Both the position numbers and the translations under genes were made by a program. A stretch of DNA of 64,000 bases, from the NCBI GenBank assembly GCA_002104945.1, contig MCFH01000020.1, forward strand, positions 124,001-188,000. Reading direction: 5' to 3'. Source of the stretch: Piromyces finnis finn. Taxonomy: Eukaryota; Fungi; Neocallimastigomycota. Numbering within the stretch: the first letter of the stretch is position 1; each line of letters begins with the position of its first letter. Of this stretch, positions 14,001 to 27,558 are shown one piece after another. The notes below the pieces were generated by a model, which saw nothing but the letters and a program-made list of their open reading frames with translations, was not told where the DNA came from and searched no databases.

Positions 14001-15049
14001 AATAAATTATTAACATTGAAAATAATAATATTAAATATATAAATATTTATTTTACTTTAAGTCTTTTATAGAATATTCTATAGGTTTATGAAAATTCACT
14101 GAAAAACTTATTTCTGTAATATCAATGTTACTTAAATAAACATCAAAAGAAATAACTTCGTTGCATTTATGTTTCTGAAATTCTTTATAATGCTGTTTAA
14201 CATAATCTTTATTTGAAAAATTACATTTTTCAGAACATTTACCAATTTCTCCACATTCTCTTTGACATAAATTATTTCCTGAGCATCTTATCTTATTATT
14301 TTATTATATTATAAAAATAAAGTCAATTGCATTTGTTTTGCATATAAAATATTTTAATAAAATCAAAACAAAAATAAAGACATTAATTTATTATAATTAT
14401 TGCTATTAATTTTTTATTTTTTATTATATCTAAATTATTTATTAAATATAATTATAATTACAAAAAAACAACCTTCCATGAATAAACCTTAATGTCTTTT
14501 TTTTTTTTAATTTTATTATACTTAAGCTTTTCTATTCCCCAATTTGTCAGTTGATATTCATCATCCAGACGATTTGTTGAACACAGTACACTATTTTTTC
14601 TTAACCAATTACTATACTTATATGCAGTATTGCATTTCTTTTTTTATTTTATTTTTATTATATTATAAACCATTAAAAATAACAAAATATTTAATAAATT
14701 AAGTTTATTAAATATATTATAATATTGTATTTACGAGAACTAATTATATATTGAAAATATTTTATTATTATCACTATTATTATAAAAACGATAAGACCTA
14801 AAAATGATAATACAATTTAAACACTACCTTAACAACAACATATTTTTTATTAATATATCTTTTAGTAGAGGATTTAGTAAAACTTATATTTTTAAATAAA
14901 GGGAAATTTTCAATAAAGTTTAAAACAGGATATCCAGTTGGTATTTGAAAAATATAATTATCATTTACAATTTTAAAATTATTGATTTTAAATTTGGAAA
15001 GTATTTGTTGATTAAAGAAATTATTATTTATATTACGAGGCTCACACAT
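8053..15049 (-). CDS. Multi-exon Mutator/MULE-type DDE transposase-derived protein: Cys-rich N-terminal Zn domain, DDE core, SWIM finger and long acidic repeat tail (>1,800 aa; 5' end uncertain)
   Basis: Phase-consistent GT-AG exons: (~14640)-14473, 14291-14056, 13964-13936, 13832-13425, 13294-11685, 11572-11284, 11187-11090, 10996-10924 and 10796-8053. Splicing creates SCISL-D-TTY (first Asp, codon split by an intron). Further motifs are PIVIIDHEKKTLEAV, FLCKFHL, TTNGFAEKINDLLKNK and the SWIM finger YKCSCM|VYIWNNTKLVCKHIVA. The last exon is in frame with the 864-aa ORF 10647-8053. Exons upstream of about 14640 could not be resolved. Confidence 0.8.
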
Positions 15050-15814
15050 TCCCTTAAAATGTAAATCTATTATTAACTATCTTTTTTTTTTTGTGTGAAA
15101 AATAAATATAATATATATCACTTTTTTATAAAGAAATATTTTTTTTTTTTAATTTTAATAAACCAATGAATGTTATGAAAATAAAAATGTTTACAAAAAA
15201 TAGTAAATATTCTAGATAACAGAAAAAATGTTACACAAATTTGAATATAATTTATTTTTTTATTGTCATATTCTTTATTTTTATATTTATACTCTTTCTT
15301 TTTCTTTTTAAACAATCAATACTATTTATGTTATCATTCATTTATACTTCATTTTTTTTTTTTTTTTGTAGCCATAGTTTTTTTTCATGCTTTAAAAAAA
15401 TATTTTTATTTGGTATAACTTTGCTACTGAATCTTAAATTTTATGTATCTTCTTTTTTTAGTTTATACTTTAATGTATCATTCATTAATTTCAAACCAAT
15501 CAATATTTTCGATCTGTATTACATTATAAATATGTATTAATTAAATTTAAAGTCTGAATAATATTAATTATCGACACATACATGAAATAATTAATATAAT
15601 GATAAAATATATTTCTCAATATATAAATGAAATGAAATATAAATATATTATAATATATTATTATAAACAATAAATTAATATATATTATTAATTAATTTTT
15701 ATTTATATCTTTTCTTTTTTCTTTTTTTCTTTTAACAATTAATAATTATTAAATAAATAATAATTAGAAAATTAAATAACTCCAATAACAAATAATTAAT
15801 CATAAGGCAATAAA

Positions 15815-16996
15815 ATGAATTACCAAGCTCTTATTGAAGCCTTCTCAAAAGTAGATTACACTAATATCTATTTTATTTTATCTGCTAGTTCCATTATTTT
15901 CAATCCATTATTCTGGAACATTGTTGCAAGAAATGGTTAGTTTTTTTTATTTAAAGAAAATATTTTATATATGTATATTTATTTAATAATTAATAATTTT
16001 AAATAAAATTTAAATTGCATTACATATTTTTGAATTGAATATACAACTTTTTTTTTTTTTGTGAAAATTCTATCTTAATATAAAAAGAATATAGAAACAA
16101 GACTTTAACCAAGATTTTCAAAAGTCCAAAGAATGGATGTTACTTTTTAGCTTTCGTTATTTTCACTCTTGGTATTGTTCGTGATTTATTGTAAATATCT
16201 ATTATTTATATTTTTTTTTCTTAATACTATATAAAAATTATCAATGTTAAAATTATTATTTATATTCATTTAATAATAAAATTTTAATAATATCTAGATT
16301 TGGAAAGGCCATTCAAAGTGATAATGAATGCAAATTATTTGATAGTATTGGTATTAAAGTTATTGGTTATATTTGTTTAGCAGTTGGCGGTATTTTAGTT
16401 TATTCTTCTATGTACACTTTAGGTATTATTGGTACCTACTTAGGTAAGTTTAATTTTAATTTTTTAAATGCTTAGCTTTTTTTTTAAATTCATTTGCTAT
16501 TTTTTATTAATTTTTTTAATATATCATATTATTTAGGTGATTACTTCGGAATTTTAATGGAAAAAAGAGTTACTGGTTTCCCATTCAACATTTGTGATAA
16601 TCCAATGTACAATGGTTCTACCTTAAATTTCTTAGGAACTGCTATTATGTAATAATATTAATAAATTTTTAAAACATAATTCTTTAATTTATAAATTAAA
16701 ATCGAATTAAAATAAAATAATAATAATTAATTGATATAGAGGAAAAAGTTGTGCCGGTATTGTTTTAACTATTATTGTTTGGATTGTTTATGAAGTAGCT
16801 TTAAGATTTGAAGGGTACATTTTCGAAAAATTTATTTATATCTATTATATTATTGTCAATTACAACAATTACTAATCTATTACAAAATTTAAATAATTAA
16901 AACAGTCCATTCACTAGTATGATATATGCTAACAGAGACAAGAAAGAAGTCAAGAAACCAACTGTTACTAAGCAAAAAAGTAAGAAAATCAATTAA
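15815..16996 (+). CDS. OPI3: Phospholipid N-methyltransferase (PEMT/Opi3), multi-exon
   Basis: Spliced translation [10 protein letters not shown]...[14 protein letters not shown]...[42 protein letters not shown]...EGPFTSMIY contains the canonical PEMT motifs. Confidence 0.93.
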
Positions 16997-17088
16997 AGGG
17001 AAGAAAAATTAAAATTAAAAAAAAAGAAAAAATTAAAGAGAAAATAACAATTTTATTTTGTTATTAGGATTAAAAAAATAGAACAATA

Positions 17089-17119
<31 letters not shown>

Positions 17120-17443
17120 TAGTGTAAACAATGAATAATATATTTTAACATAAATAAATACAAATAAATAATAATAAAAAATAAAATTCATTCTTTTTTT
17201 TTTTTTTGTTATTTTCATAATTGTTAACTTGTTATTGTTAAAGTAAAATTATTTTTTCTTCTTTCTAAGTATTTTCTAAATATATTACATTTTGTAAATA
17301 TATTATTTAATTTTATTTAATTATATTAATAAATATTAATTTAATTAAGATTATAAATAATAATATATTTTATTTTTATTTTTATTTTTATTTTTTTTTT
17401 AAAAAAATTAATTAAGTTTAAATATAATTAAAAGTAATTAATC

Positions 17444-17708
17444 ATGAATAGTAATGTAAATTTTAATGATTTTGGTATTAATTCACCAACTTCTTCAAAT
17501 TCCAATAAGAATAATATTTATATATCTGGAGCATTGATGGCTTCTTTATTTAAAAATTTTCATATCTATGGAAATAATACAGTGAGCAAATTTTTATATA
17601 TATATATATATGAATATATGTAAATAATGAAAATGAAGTAATTTTAAGAGTTGAGGAACTAAATTTTGAAGATTAATATTAATATTATTATCACTTTCTT
17701 TCTTTCTT

Positions 17709-17750
<42 letters not shown>

Positions 17751-18963
17751 GATGGTTTATTATTTGGTTCAATAAATTATAATGTATGGGATGTCCATTC
17801 AGATGAAATTTCCACTTCAGTAAAAACAGACCAAATTATTGGTATAAAGTCCAATATATACATTGTTTAAATAACTATATAATCCTTTTCTTTTCCTTTC
17901 TATTTTATTTATTCTGCTTTTATTAATTATTATTATTATTATTATTATTTTTAACAGTTATAAATTCATTTGAAATATTGAAAAATAATTTACTTGGAAT
18001 TAATAATAATCCATTTTTCGAAAATGAAAAAAATCAACAATCAGAATTATCACAGATTCTTGAAAAAAATAAGAATCAAGTTAGTTTCAACTTTTTATAT
18101 TACAACATTTTTTTTTATTCTTCTTAATAATGTTTTTAAACATTTAAATATTTAGCAATTATTAGGTTATTTTAGATTCCGTAGTAATTCAAATGTAAAA
18201 CCTTCTTTAAAAGAAATTTCAAATATATTTTATATTAAAAATACCCTTAAAGTAAATACCATTGAACATATACCCATTCTTGGAATCTTCAATTTAACTG
18301 CAAATAAAAATCATACTACTTATAAATATGAATATTGCTTTTATTCTCATACTGAAATGTAAGAAAAACACTTTTATATCTTTTAATATTCAAAATCAAA
18401 TTATGTATGTTAAATAAATAAATTATTTTTTATAATAAATTCAAATACATTCTCAGAAATGGATTTGAAAAAATACCTATTCTTATAACCAATATGGTAG
18501 AAAGTTCACATGAAAAATATAAAAACTTTATTACTACAGCACCATCAAATAATCTTAGGTAATAAATAAAATTTTAACTCTTTTTTTAGATTAAAAAACA
18601 GCAATAAAAGTAAACTAATTAATATTGTATAATCAAAATTTAATAAATAATGATAGTTCACTGAATAAACTACAAAATGTATTTGATATCTCATCAAATA
18701 GAGATTGTGTAAAACAACAAGAACAATTATTTGAAAATATATCAGAATTAACAAAGGTTTAATATTGTTATTTTTTTATTTTGTAAAATGATTTATATAG
18801 CAATTGTGCTTATTTAATTTTAAATATATTTTTATATAATATATAATATTCGTAATAATAGTCAACTTTGGAGGAGATAGAAAAAAATAGAAAGATAAAA
18901 GAACAATTAGAAAGGGAAATTGAAGAACTAGAAAAAAATAAACCTGAAAAAATCATTTTCTAA
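17444..18963 (+). CDS. Abraxas/ABRO1 (FAM175)-like MPN- domain protein with C-terminal coiled coil, multi-exon
   Basis: Spliced motifs IYISGALMASLF, DGLLFG, LLGYFRFRSNSNVKPSLKE, KYEY and KIPILITNM parallel my recollection of Abraxas (LSGFVLGAL, EGFLLG, VVGWYKFRR, RVPLVVANL). The C-terminus (EEIEKNRKIKEQLEREIEELEK) is coiled-coil-like. Confidence 0.7.
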
Positions 18964-20943
18964 TTTTTTATTAAAAGAAATTAAAAGATAGTAAAGCTAA
19001 TGAAATATTGCGAGTTATATATATATAGATATAAATGGATACTTATATGAATTACATAAAAGACTAGTATTATTTATACTTATCTTGCAAAAAAAAATAA
19101 TTAATAAAATAATCAAAAATAAACATTAAAGTTTTACTTTATATAAATTAAATTATTAATAAGCAAAAGTACGTACAATAATATAATAATATATTTATAT
19201 AAAAAAAAAATAAAACTATAAGATTAGAGTATTTATTTATTACTAATCTAATTAAATCATCTTCATTTAATATTAATATAATTTATTATTATCAAAATTT
19301 ATTTAGATTTATGTATATGAATTTATGAGTATTAATAATAGATAAAATATATATTTTTTATAATATATTCTTGTTTCTAATCATACAATAGTCAATAAGA
19401 TTTTCTGTACTTATTATTGTTATGGTTGATATATAATATGCAATAGACCACATTGTATTTTAATGCATGATGTTGGTGTCCTTTATTTCTTATTTTAGAG
19501 ATAATGTTCTCAAATTTTATTTTGATATTACATACATTCTGTAAAAAGCATATTTTATCAAAAGTTTCATTATTTAGTGATTATTAAAGGAATTTAAACG
19601 AAAAAAAGGAACTTTAGTATAATAATAAAATAATATTTCATATGCAATATATTTATTTGATTATTAATAAACAAAATAAAAATGAACATAAAAAGAATGC
19701 TTTATTGAAAAGTAATATTTCCTTTTAATAATTTCTTTTTATAGAATTATAATTTTTGCCTTTCTATCTTAACATTTTAATTTACAGTATTAATTTGTTT
19801 TTTAAATTATATAACGTATTACTCATTTAAATAATAACAATAACAAACTTATTTTTTTATCTAAAATCATAAAACAATTATTGTTATATAGTAAATATTA
19901 GATAGTAAATAAATGTATATATAACATAAAATAATTATTATTATCTTGTTAATTATTTATAATATTAAATTCGATAATTTATTTAGTCCATTTATAAATT
20001 TATAAATTTATAAATTAATTTTTTTTTTTTTTTTTTTTTATTATTATAATTATTATTATTAATTTTTAATATTATTTTTTAAAATTTCATTATTGAGTTG
20101 ATTAAAAAAAATAAAAAAGAAAAAAAAAAAAAAAGTAATTATTTTATATGCATATAAATATATATAATTTTTTTTAAATGAATTAATACATGCTGTTATA
20201 TAAACATCTTTAACATCATCATTATAAATTTGAATTTTTCAGTTTATCAAAATCTCATCAATTTTAAAAATATCATTCATCAAATCAAAGTATTTTTATT
20301 TTACTTAATTTATATAATACTTTAAGTATTTTAAACATTCATAATTTCATTATCATTAATACCAATAAAATATTTAGAAGACATTATAGTATTAAATACT
20401 AAGAATCTATGAAAATTAATGAAAAGTATAAGATTTTAGAATTAACAATCAATGAAATGTCAATTTTAAATAATTCAATTTAAATCAGATTTCTTTTCTT
20501 TTCTTTTCTTTTTTTTTCTTTTTCTTTTTTTTTTTTTTTTCTTTTCTTTCTTTCTTTCTTTTTTTGTAATTATTGTATATCTTATTAAAAAATATATTAA
20601 TACTAAATTATATTAAATATTTGAACTTCAATAGTCTTAAAAACTATCAATATTATATTATATTTAAATATTTAGATGAAAAAGAATAAATTAATATCAA
20701 AAAGATTATATATATTAGTTCTCTTTTGTTAGAGAAAAACGATTGATCATATAAAATTTATATTAGTTTTGTAAAAAATAGCATTCTAAATAAAATACTA
20801 ATCATTATTTGTTATATATTTTTATAAATATTAAATTGATTTTTTTTTTTATCAAAAATATTACATTACATTATAAAAAAAATAGAAGAAAATTATTTTT
20901 TTATCGTTCAATATAAAATTTTATATGCTTGAAAGTAATAAAT

Positions 20944-23900
20944 ATGTTTAATTCAAATCAAGCACAACAGCAGCATATACAACAATTATACCAATCAAAG
21001 CAACAACTACCTCAACAGAATTTTCAAACTGTTCAAACCCAAAATGCTCAGAATTTTGGGAATCCTGCACTTTCAAATATGAATAATATATTACAACAGC
21101 AATTTATGTCAAATATGCAGAATATCCAATCATTGCAACCAACTATGCAAAGCATGGGTGTAAATCCAGTGGCATTAGGAATGTCAATGAATAATTTACA
21201 TTATCCTGGAAATATGCAACAACAAATTCAAAATAAGGTAGGGAATAATCCAAGTCAAACACAATCAATCCGACCATTACAGAATAATAATCTTTCATCA
21301 CCACAATTAAAAAACCAGAATATACCATTTAATACTTCTGAAACATCACCAGTAGTAGCAAATGCTGGTTTACAGAATTCTTCAACACCTCAATATACTC
21401 CTGAGCAAATAAAACAATTGATTAATGTAAATTAATAATTTAAATTTAAAATAATATTAAAATATTAGATTATATATTTTAATTTTTCTTTTTTATACTA
21501 ATAACTCTAATAAATTTAAAAGACTGTTAAGAGTTTAAGAGCAAAAGGTGAAACAAATGATCCTGAGTATGTTAAAATCTGTCAAATATTATCAAGATAT
21601 TCAAAGGTGCATTTTTTTATATTCTTTAAATGAAAATACCAAAATACTTACTAAAATAATAAATATTATTTGTTTTGTTTATATAATTTATATTCAAAGG
21701 TGTCTCAAAATCCATCAGAAGTACAAAAACCAATATCAAATAGTACTACTACACCATCAATTAATCAGAAAAATTCAGTAAATGCGAATGAAAATACTAT
21801 TCAAGTACAATCACAATCATTGCCAATGCAAACTCCATCTCAACTTAAAGAGCAACAAGAAAAAATGCAATTTAATCAATTAAATGATCTTCAAAATAAT
21901 GCGAAATTGAATGAAAACATTTCACCTCAACAAGCACAACAAGTTAAATATCAATTATATGCTTATAAGTTAATGTCAGAAGGAAAGTCTGTTCCAGAAA
22001 ATTTACAAAGGATAGTTTTTGATAATAAAAGTAGAATTAGTTTCGATCAAGCTAAATCGTCAGAACAACAATTAAAAAATAACGTTGTTAATACTAAAAT
22101 TGTAAATTCATCAATTGAGATTTATAAAAATAAGAATCAAGAGAATTTAAAAAATCAAAATAATACATTACCATATAAAAATCCTCGTGATATAATTAAC
22201 ACTAAAATAAAATATAGTGATTATTCTAGTCGTCAACATAGACTTTTAATACCAAGCATTACACCAACTGGTGTTGATGTTTATTCTATGATACAAGAAC
22301 GTGAAAGAAAAATAAATTCTAGAATTCAATATAGAATTAATGAGTTGGAATCTTTACCAAGTAATATTTCGAATCAAGGATTAAATAATGAAAACATTAA
22401 TATTAATACAAATGTTAATGATCAAATAGATATTAAATCACCATTACCAGCTGAAAAAAATAATAGAAAATTAAAAGCCATTATAGAATTAAAAGCATTA
22501 AAATTATTAAATAAACAGAAAAAATTACGTTCAGAAATTCTAAGAGGAATGGTGAAAGCTACTACATACCTTACAAATTCTGATAGAGCATCTTATAGAC
22601 GTATGAAAAAACAATCAATCAAGGAAGCAAGAATTACTGAGAAATTAGAAAAGCAACAAAGAATTGATAGAGAAAAAAGAGAAAGACAAAATTTTGCTGA
22701 TTATTTGAACAGCATTATTATCCATGGTCGTGAAATGAGATCTTTGCATGATAAACAACAATCTAAGGCTAATAAATTGGGTTTAGGTGTTCAACGTTAT
22801 CATAAGAAAATTGAAAATGAGGAAGCTCAACGTTTGGCTAAACTTTCACAAGAAAGATTAAGAGCTTTGAAGGCTGATGATGAAGAGGCTTACTTAAAAT
22901 TAATTGATCAGACAAAAGATACTCGTATTACTTATCTCCTTCAACAAACTAATGAATATTTAGAAAATTTAACTAAGGCTGTTGTTTCACAACAAGAAGA
23001 AATTGGTCAAGATCAACCAGCATTACCAGAAGATACATTTGGATTAGATGATGATAAGAAAACTGATTATTATAATATTTCACATAAAATAAAGGAAATT
23101 ATTACAGAACAACCATCAATTTTAACAGGAGGTACTTTAAAAGAATATCAATTGAAGGGTTTACAATGGATGGTTTCATTATATAATAACAGACTTAATG
23201 GTATTTTAGCTGACGAAATGGGTCTCGGTAAAACCATTCAAACTATTTCTCTTATTAGTTATTTAATTGAAAAAAAACATCAAAGTGGACCATTCCTTAT
23301 TATTGTACCATTATCTACATTGACTAATTGGTCCCTTGAATTTGATAAATGGGCTCCTTCTATTGTTAAGGTTGTATATAAAGGTGCTCCCTCTGTTCGT
23401 AAAGCAATTCAAATGACAGAAATTAAACATGGAAATTTTAATGTTGTATTAACTACTTATGAATATATTATTAAAGATAGACCAGTTCTTTCAAAAATTA
23501 AATGGATTCATATTATTATTGATGAAGGTCACCGTTTAAAGAATGCCCAATCTAAACTTACAACTGTATTAACTCAACATTATCAATGTAGATATCGTTT
23601 AATTTTAACTGGTACTCCTCTTCAGGTATATATGAATATAAATTGTTATAATTTTTATAATTATGCATTTATAAAAAATAATATAAAATGATTAGAGTTT
23701 TTGCGTGTCAACAGAATAGTTTTTTTTTATTTCTTTTTATTAAATTTATTAAAATTAACATATATAATTCTCTTAAGAAAATAATATTTTTCTTAATTGA
23801 GGATCACTAAAATGTTAAATTTTATTATATTTTTAATAAAATCAATAAATAAAAATAAATATGTTGAACTTTGCCTATGATATTTATATTGTTTTAATAA

Positions 23901-26892
23901 TATATTATAAAAAAAAATAAATAAAACCTTATTAATATAGTATTATTATATTGAAAAATTATTTATATGTTCATATATGTATATAGAATAATTTACCAGA
24001 ACTTTGGGCACTTTTAAATTTCTTGTTGCCAAAAATCTTCAATTCTGTAAAAAGTTTTGATGAATGGTTTAACTCACCATTTGCAACTCAAGTTGGTGAA
24101 GAAAAAATTCAATTGAATGAAGAAGAACAACTTCTTATTATTAGAAGACTTCACAAAGTATTGAGACCTTTCTTATTACGTAGATTAAAGAAGGATGTAG
24201 AACATGAACTTCCAGATAAGGTTGAAATGGTTATTAAATGTCGTATGTCTGCTCTTCAACGCCGTTTATATGAAAAGATGAGACAAAAGGGAATATTATT
24301 CACAAGTGATGGGTAAGTCAAAATATTTTGAAAATAGATATAATTCTTAAAAGTTTTTATAATAATTAATTTAATTTTATTAATTCATTTTTAAATATTA
24401 CATTATTTAACTAATAAATTAAAAAGTAAACATGGTATTAAGGGTTTAAACAATACAGTTATGCAACTTAGAAAAATTTGTAATCATCCATTTGTTTTTG
24501 AAGAAGTTGAAACAAGTATTAATCCATCTGGTCTTACAAATGAATTAATTTATCGTACATCAGGAAAGTTTGAATTATTAGATAGAATTTTACCAAAATT
24601 CATAAGAACAAAACATCGTGTTTTAATTTTCTTCCAAATGACAGCAATTATGAATATTATGGAAGATTTCTTAATGTACAGAGGATATAGACATCTTCGA
24701 TTAGATGGTAGTACTAAATCAGAAGAGCGTTCAGATTTATTGAAGAAATTCAATGCGGAAAATTCACCTTATATGATTTTTTTACTTAGTACAAGAGCTG
24801 GTGGTTTAGGTCTAAATTTGCAAACTGCTGATACTGTTATTATTTTCGATTCAGATTGGAATCCTCATCAAGATTTGCAAGCTCAAGATCGTGCTCATCG
24901 TATTGGTCAAACTAAAGAAGTCAGAATTTTACGTTTAATTACTGCAGATTCTATTGAAGAAAAAATTTTAGCTAGAGCTCAATATAAACTAGATATTGAT
25001 GGTAAAGTCATTCAAGCTGGTAAATTTGATAATAAAAGTACTGCTCAAGAACGAGAGGCTCTTCTTCGTCAATTAATTGAATCATCATTAGATGAAGCTA
25101 ATGATGTACAAAATGAAGAAAATATGACAGACGATGATCTTAACGATATTATTCATAGAAATGATGAAGAAATGGAAATCTTCCGTAGAATGGATCATGA
25201 AAGAATTCAACATGAAACTGAAATTTGGAAATCATCCGGTAATACTGGACCATTACCTGATCGTTTAATTCAAGAATGGGAGTTACCTAAAGTATATACT
25301 ATGGATGAAGAAGAAATACAGAAAAAAGAAGAAAAGGTGGATTATGGTCGTGGTCAACGTGTACGTAAAGAAGTTCATTATGATGATGGTCTTAATGAAG
25401 AACAATGGTTACAAGCAGTCGAAAATGAAGATTTAGAAGAAGTTATTGAACGTAAAAGACAACAGAGGCAAAGACGTGCTGAAAGAAAAGCCAAAAAGTT
25501 ACTTAAACTTCAAAGACAACATAATGATTCAGACACTACTACAAATGATGTATCCGATAATGAAATTAATCAGAGTGACAATCAATCTATAGAAACACCA
25601 GAACAGGATCTTATTGTAAATGAAACTAAGACTAAAAAAAGAGGTAGACCATCTAGAGGTCGTGGTAGAAAATCTTCATCTATAAGTAATCGTTCAAGCT
25701 TCAGAGAGGATGGTGAAAGAACACACACTCCATTATCATCAATATCTACAACATCAAGTATTATTGATGGAAGTAATGAAGTTCCAGTCGAAAAACCAAG
25801 ACGTGGTAGAGGAAGACGTAAGGCGAATCTTATGGAAGATTCATATAAAAAGAGAAAAAAGGCTGATATAAATGCTAATGTGGATAGAACAAAACCAGAT
25901 AAAGTTGGTAAAGCTGAAAGATTGGCTATGACACGTTTATTTGAAGCTTGCTTTAAACAAGTTGAAAACTGTAAAGCTGAAGAGTAAGCTTTTTTTTATT
26001 TTATTTGTTTAATTTAAAATATTTAATTTGATAAATATATTAAGTATTTATTTCTTAAATTGTTTATTAAATATAGTGGACGTCGTAGATGTGAATTGTT
26101 TTTGGAAATACCTTCAAAGAAACTATATCCTGATTATTATGTTTTAATTGAAACTCCAATTGCTCTTGATATAATTAATGTAAGTTTTGGTAAAAATAAT
26201 TGAATTCTTTATATCAAAAGTTATTGACCTTTTTTTTTTTTTTTTTAATTATAATTCTTTGATAATATTTATAAAAAAATAAAGACAAGAATTCATTCAA
26301 CATATTATGATACAGTACAAGATTTCATTAATGACTTTAGATTAATGTTCGGAAATGCCAGAAAATATAATCAAGAAGGATCATGGGTTTATATTGATTC
26401 AGTAGAAATGGAGAAAGATATGGATCTTAAATTAAATGAATTATACAAAGATCAAATATTAATTATTACAGATGAAGATAAAAAAGAGGAACAAAAATAT
26501 TTAGAACAATTAAAATTAAACGAAAATAACTTAAATTCATTAAAGGTAAAAAAAAAATTAGTAATAATTAAAGGCTTTAATTTTGATAAAAGAAGTTATC
26601 TAAATTAATTTATTATGTTTAATATAATATTTAGCGTCCAGCACCGAATGATATCATTAGTGTAGACAATAATAATTTAATAAATCAATCAGGGAATGGA
26701 GGTATAAGTAAAGAAATTATTCAATCAAATAATAACATAAACGAAAGTAATCCAGAAATAAATAATAATATAAATATAAGTTCGATTGAACAGTTTTCTC
26801 GCAAGAAACAAAAGCGTTCAGAAGATGATGAAGACTATAAAGATATAGATATAGAAAATGATGATGAATATGACGAGGATAATGATTATTAA
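20944..26892 (+). CDS. SNF2: SWI/SNF-RSC catalytic ATPase (Snf2/Sth1/BRG1 type): Q-rich N-terminus, QLQ, HSA, SNF2 ATPase, helicase-C, SnAC, AT-hooks, bromodomain
   Basis: Motifs [34 protein letters not shown]|[37 protein letters not shown] and the bromodomain segment [15 protein letters not shown]...[13 protein letters not shown]. Multi-exon. Confidence 0.96.
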
Positions 26893-27558
26893 AATAATAC
26901 CAATTAATTTAAATTTTTAAAAATATAATTTTTTTTATTTTTTTTATATATATTAATTTTTTGTTTCTTGTTTAAAATTTTAATATGTTTATGATTAAAA
27001 TAAACATTTTATGTAATAATATGATAATATAAAGTTTCTTTTTTTAATTTTATTATTATTATCGTATTATATAAGTAACTTTTAATTATCTTGATTAAAT
27101 TATCTATTTCTTTTTTTCCTTTTTTTTTTTTTTTTTCTTCTTAAATATAAATAATAATTTCTTTTAAAAATATTTTTTTAAAATAAATAAAATAATATAT
27201 ATATATATAACATTAAAAAATGTAATAGTTTTATTTTCATTTTATTAGAATATATTTCAACTTTTTATAATTATAAATATTCATTTATTTTAAATAATTT
27301 TAAAAAAAATAAGCAAAATACAATAAAATTTTATCCAATCATATATAAATTTTAATATCATTTTTAAACTAAATAATTTATTAGTAAAACTATATATGAA
27401 ATATATATCATAATAATAAATATACCATTAGAAAATTTAATTTATAAGAGCAGGATATTAAATAATAAAAAGAATTTATTTATTTTTTTATTATAAAGTA
27501 CATTTCTTATTACAAAAGCAATCAGCAATCATAAATAATTATAATAAAAATTAATAAA

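Noticed and set aside
15118-15540. Overlapping short ORFs upstream of the MULE-derived gene
   Set aside because: Dominated by poly-A/T tracts. They could include further 5' exons, but no phase-consistent splice path was found.
7400-15800. Possible TIR-bounded Mutator transposon
   Set aside because: No terminal inverted repeats or TSD were visible by eye in the flanks, so it is not called a mobile element. A self-alignment is still needed to exclude this.
19380-19580. Short stop-free minus-strand stretch in the intergenic region
   Set aside because: About 65 codons with no start, splice context or recognisable motif; compatible with chance.
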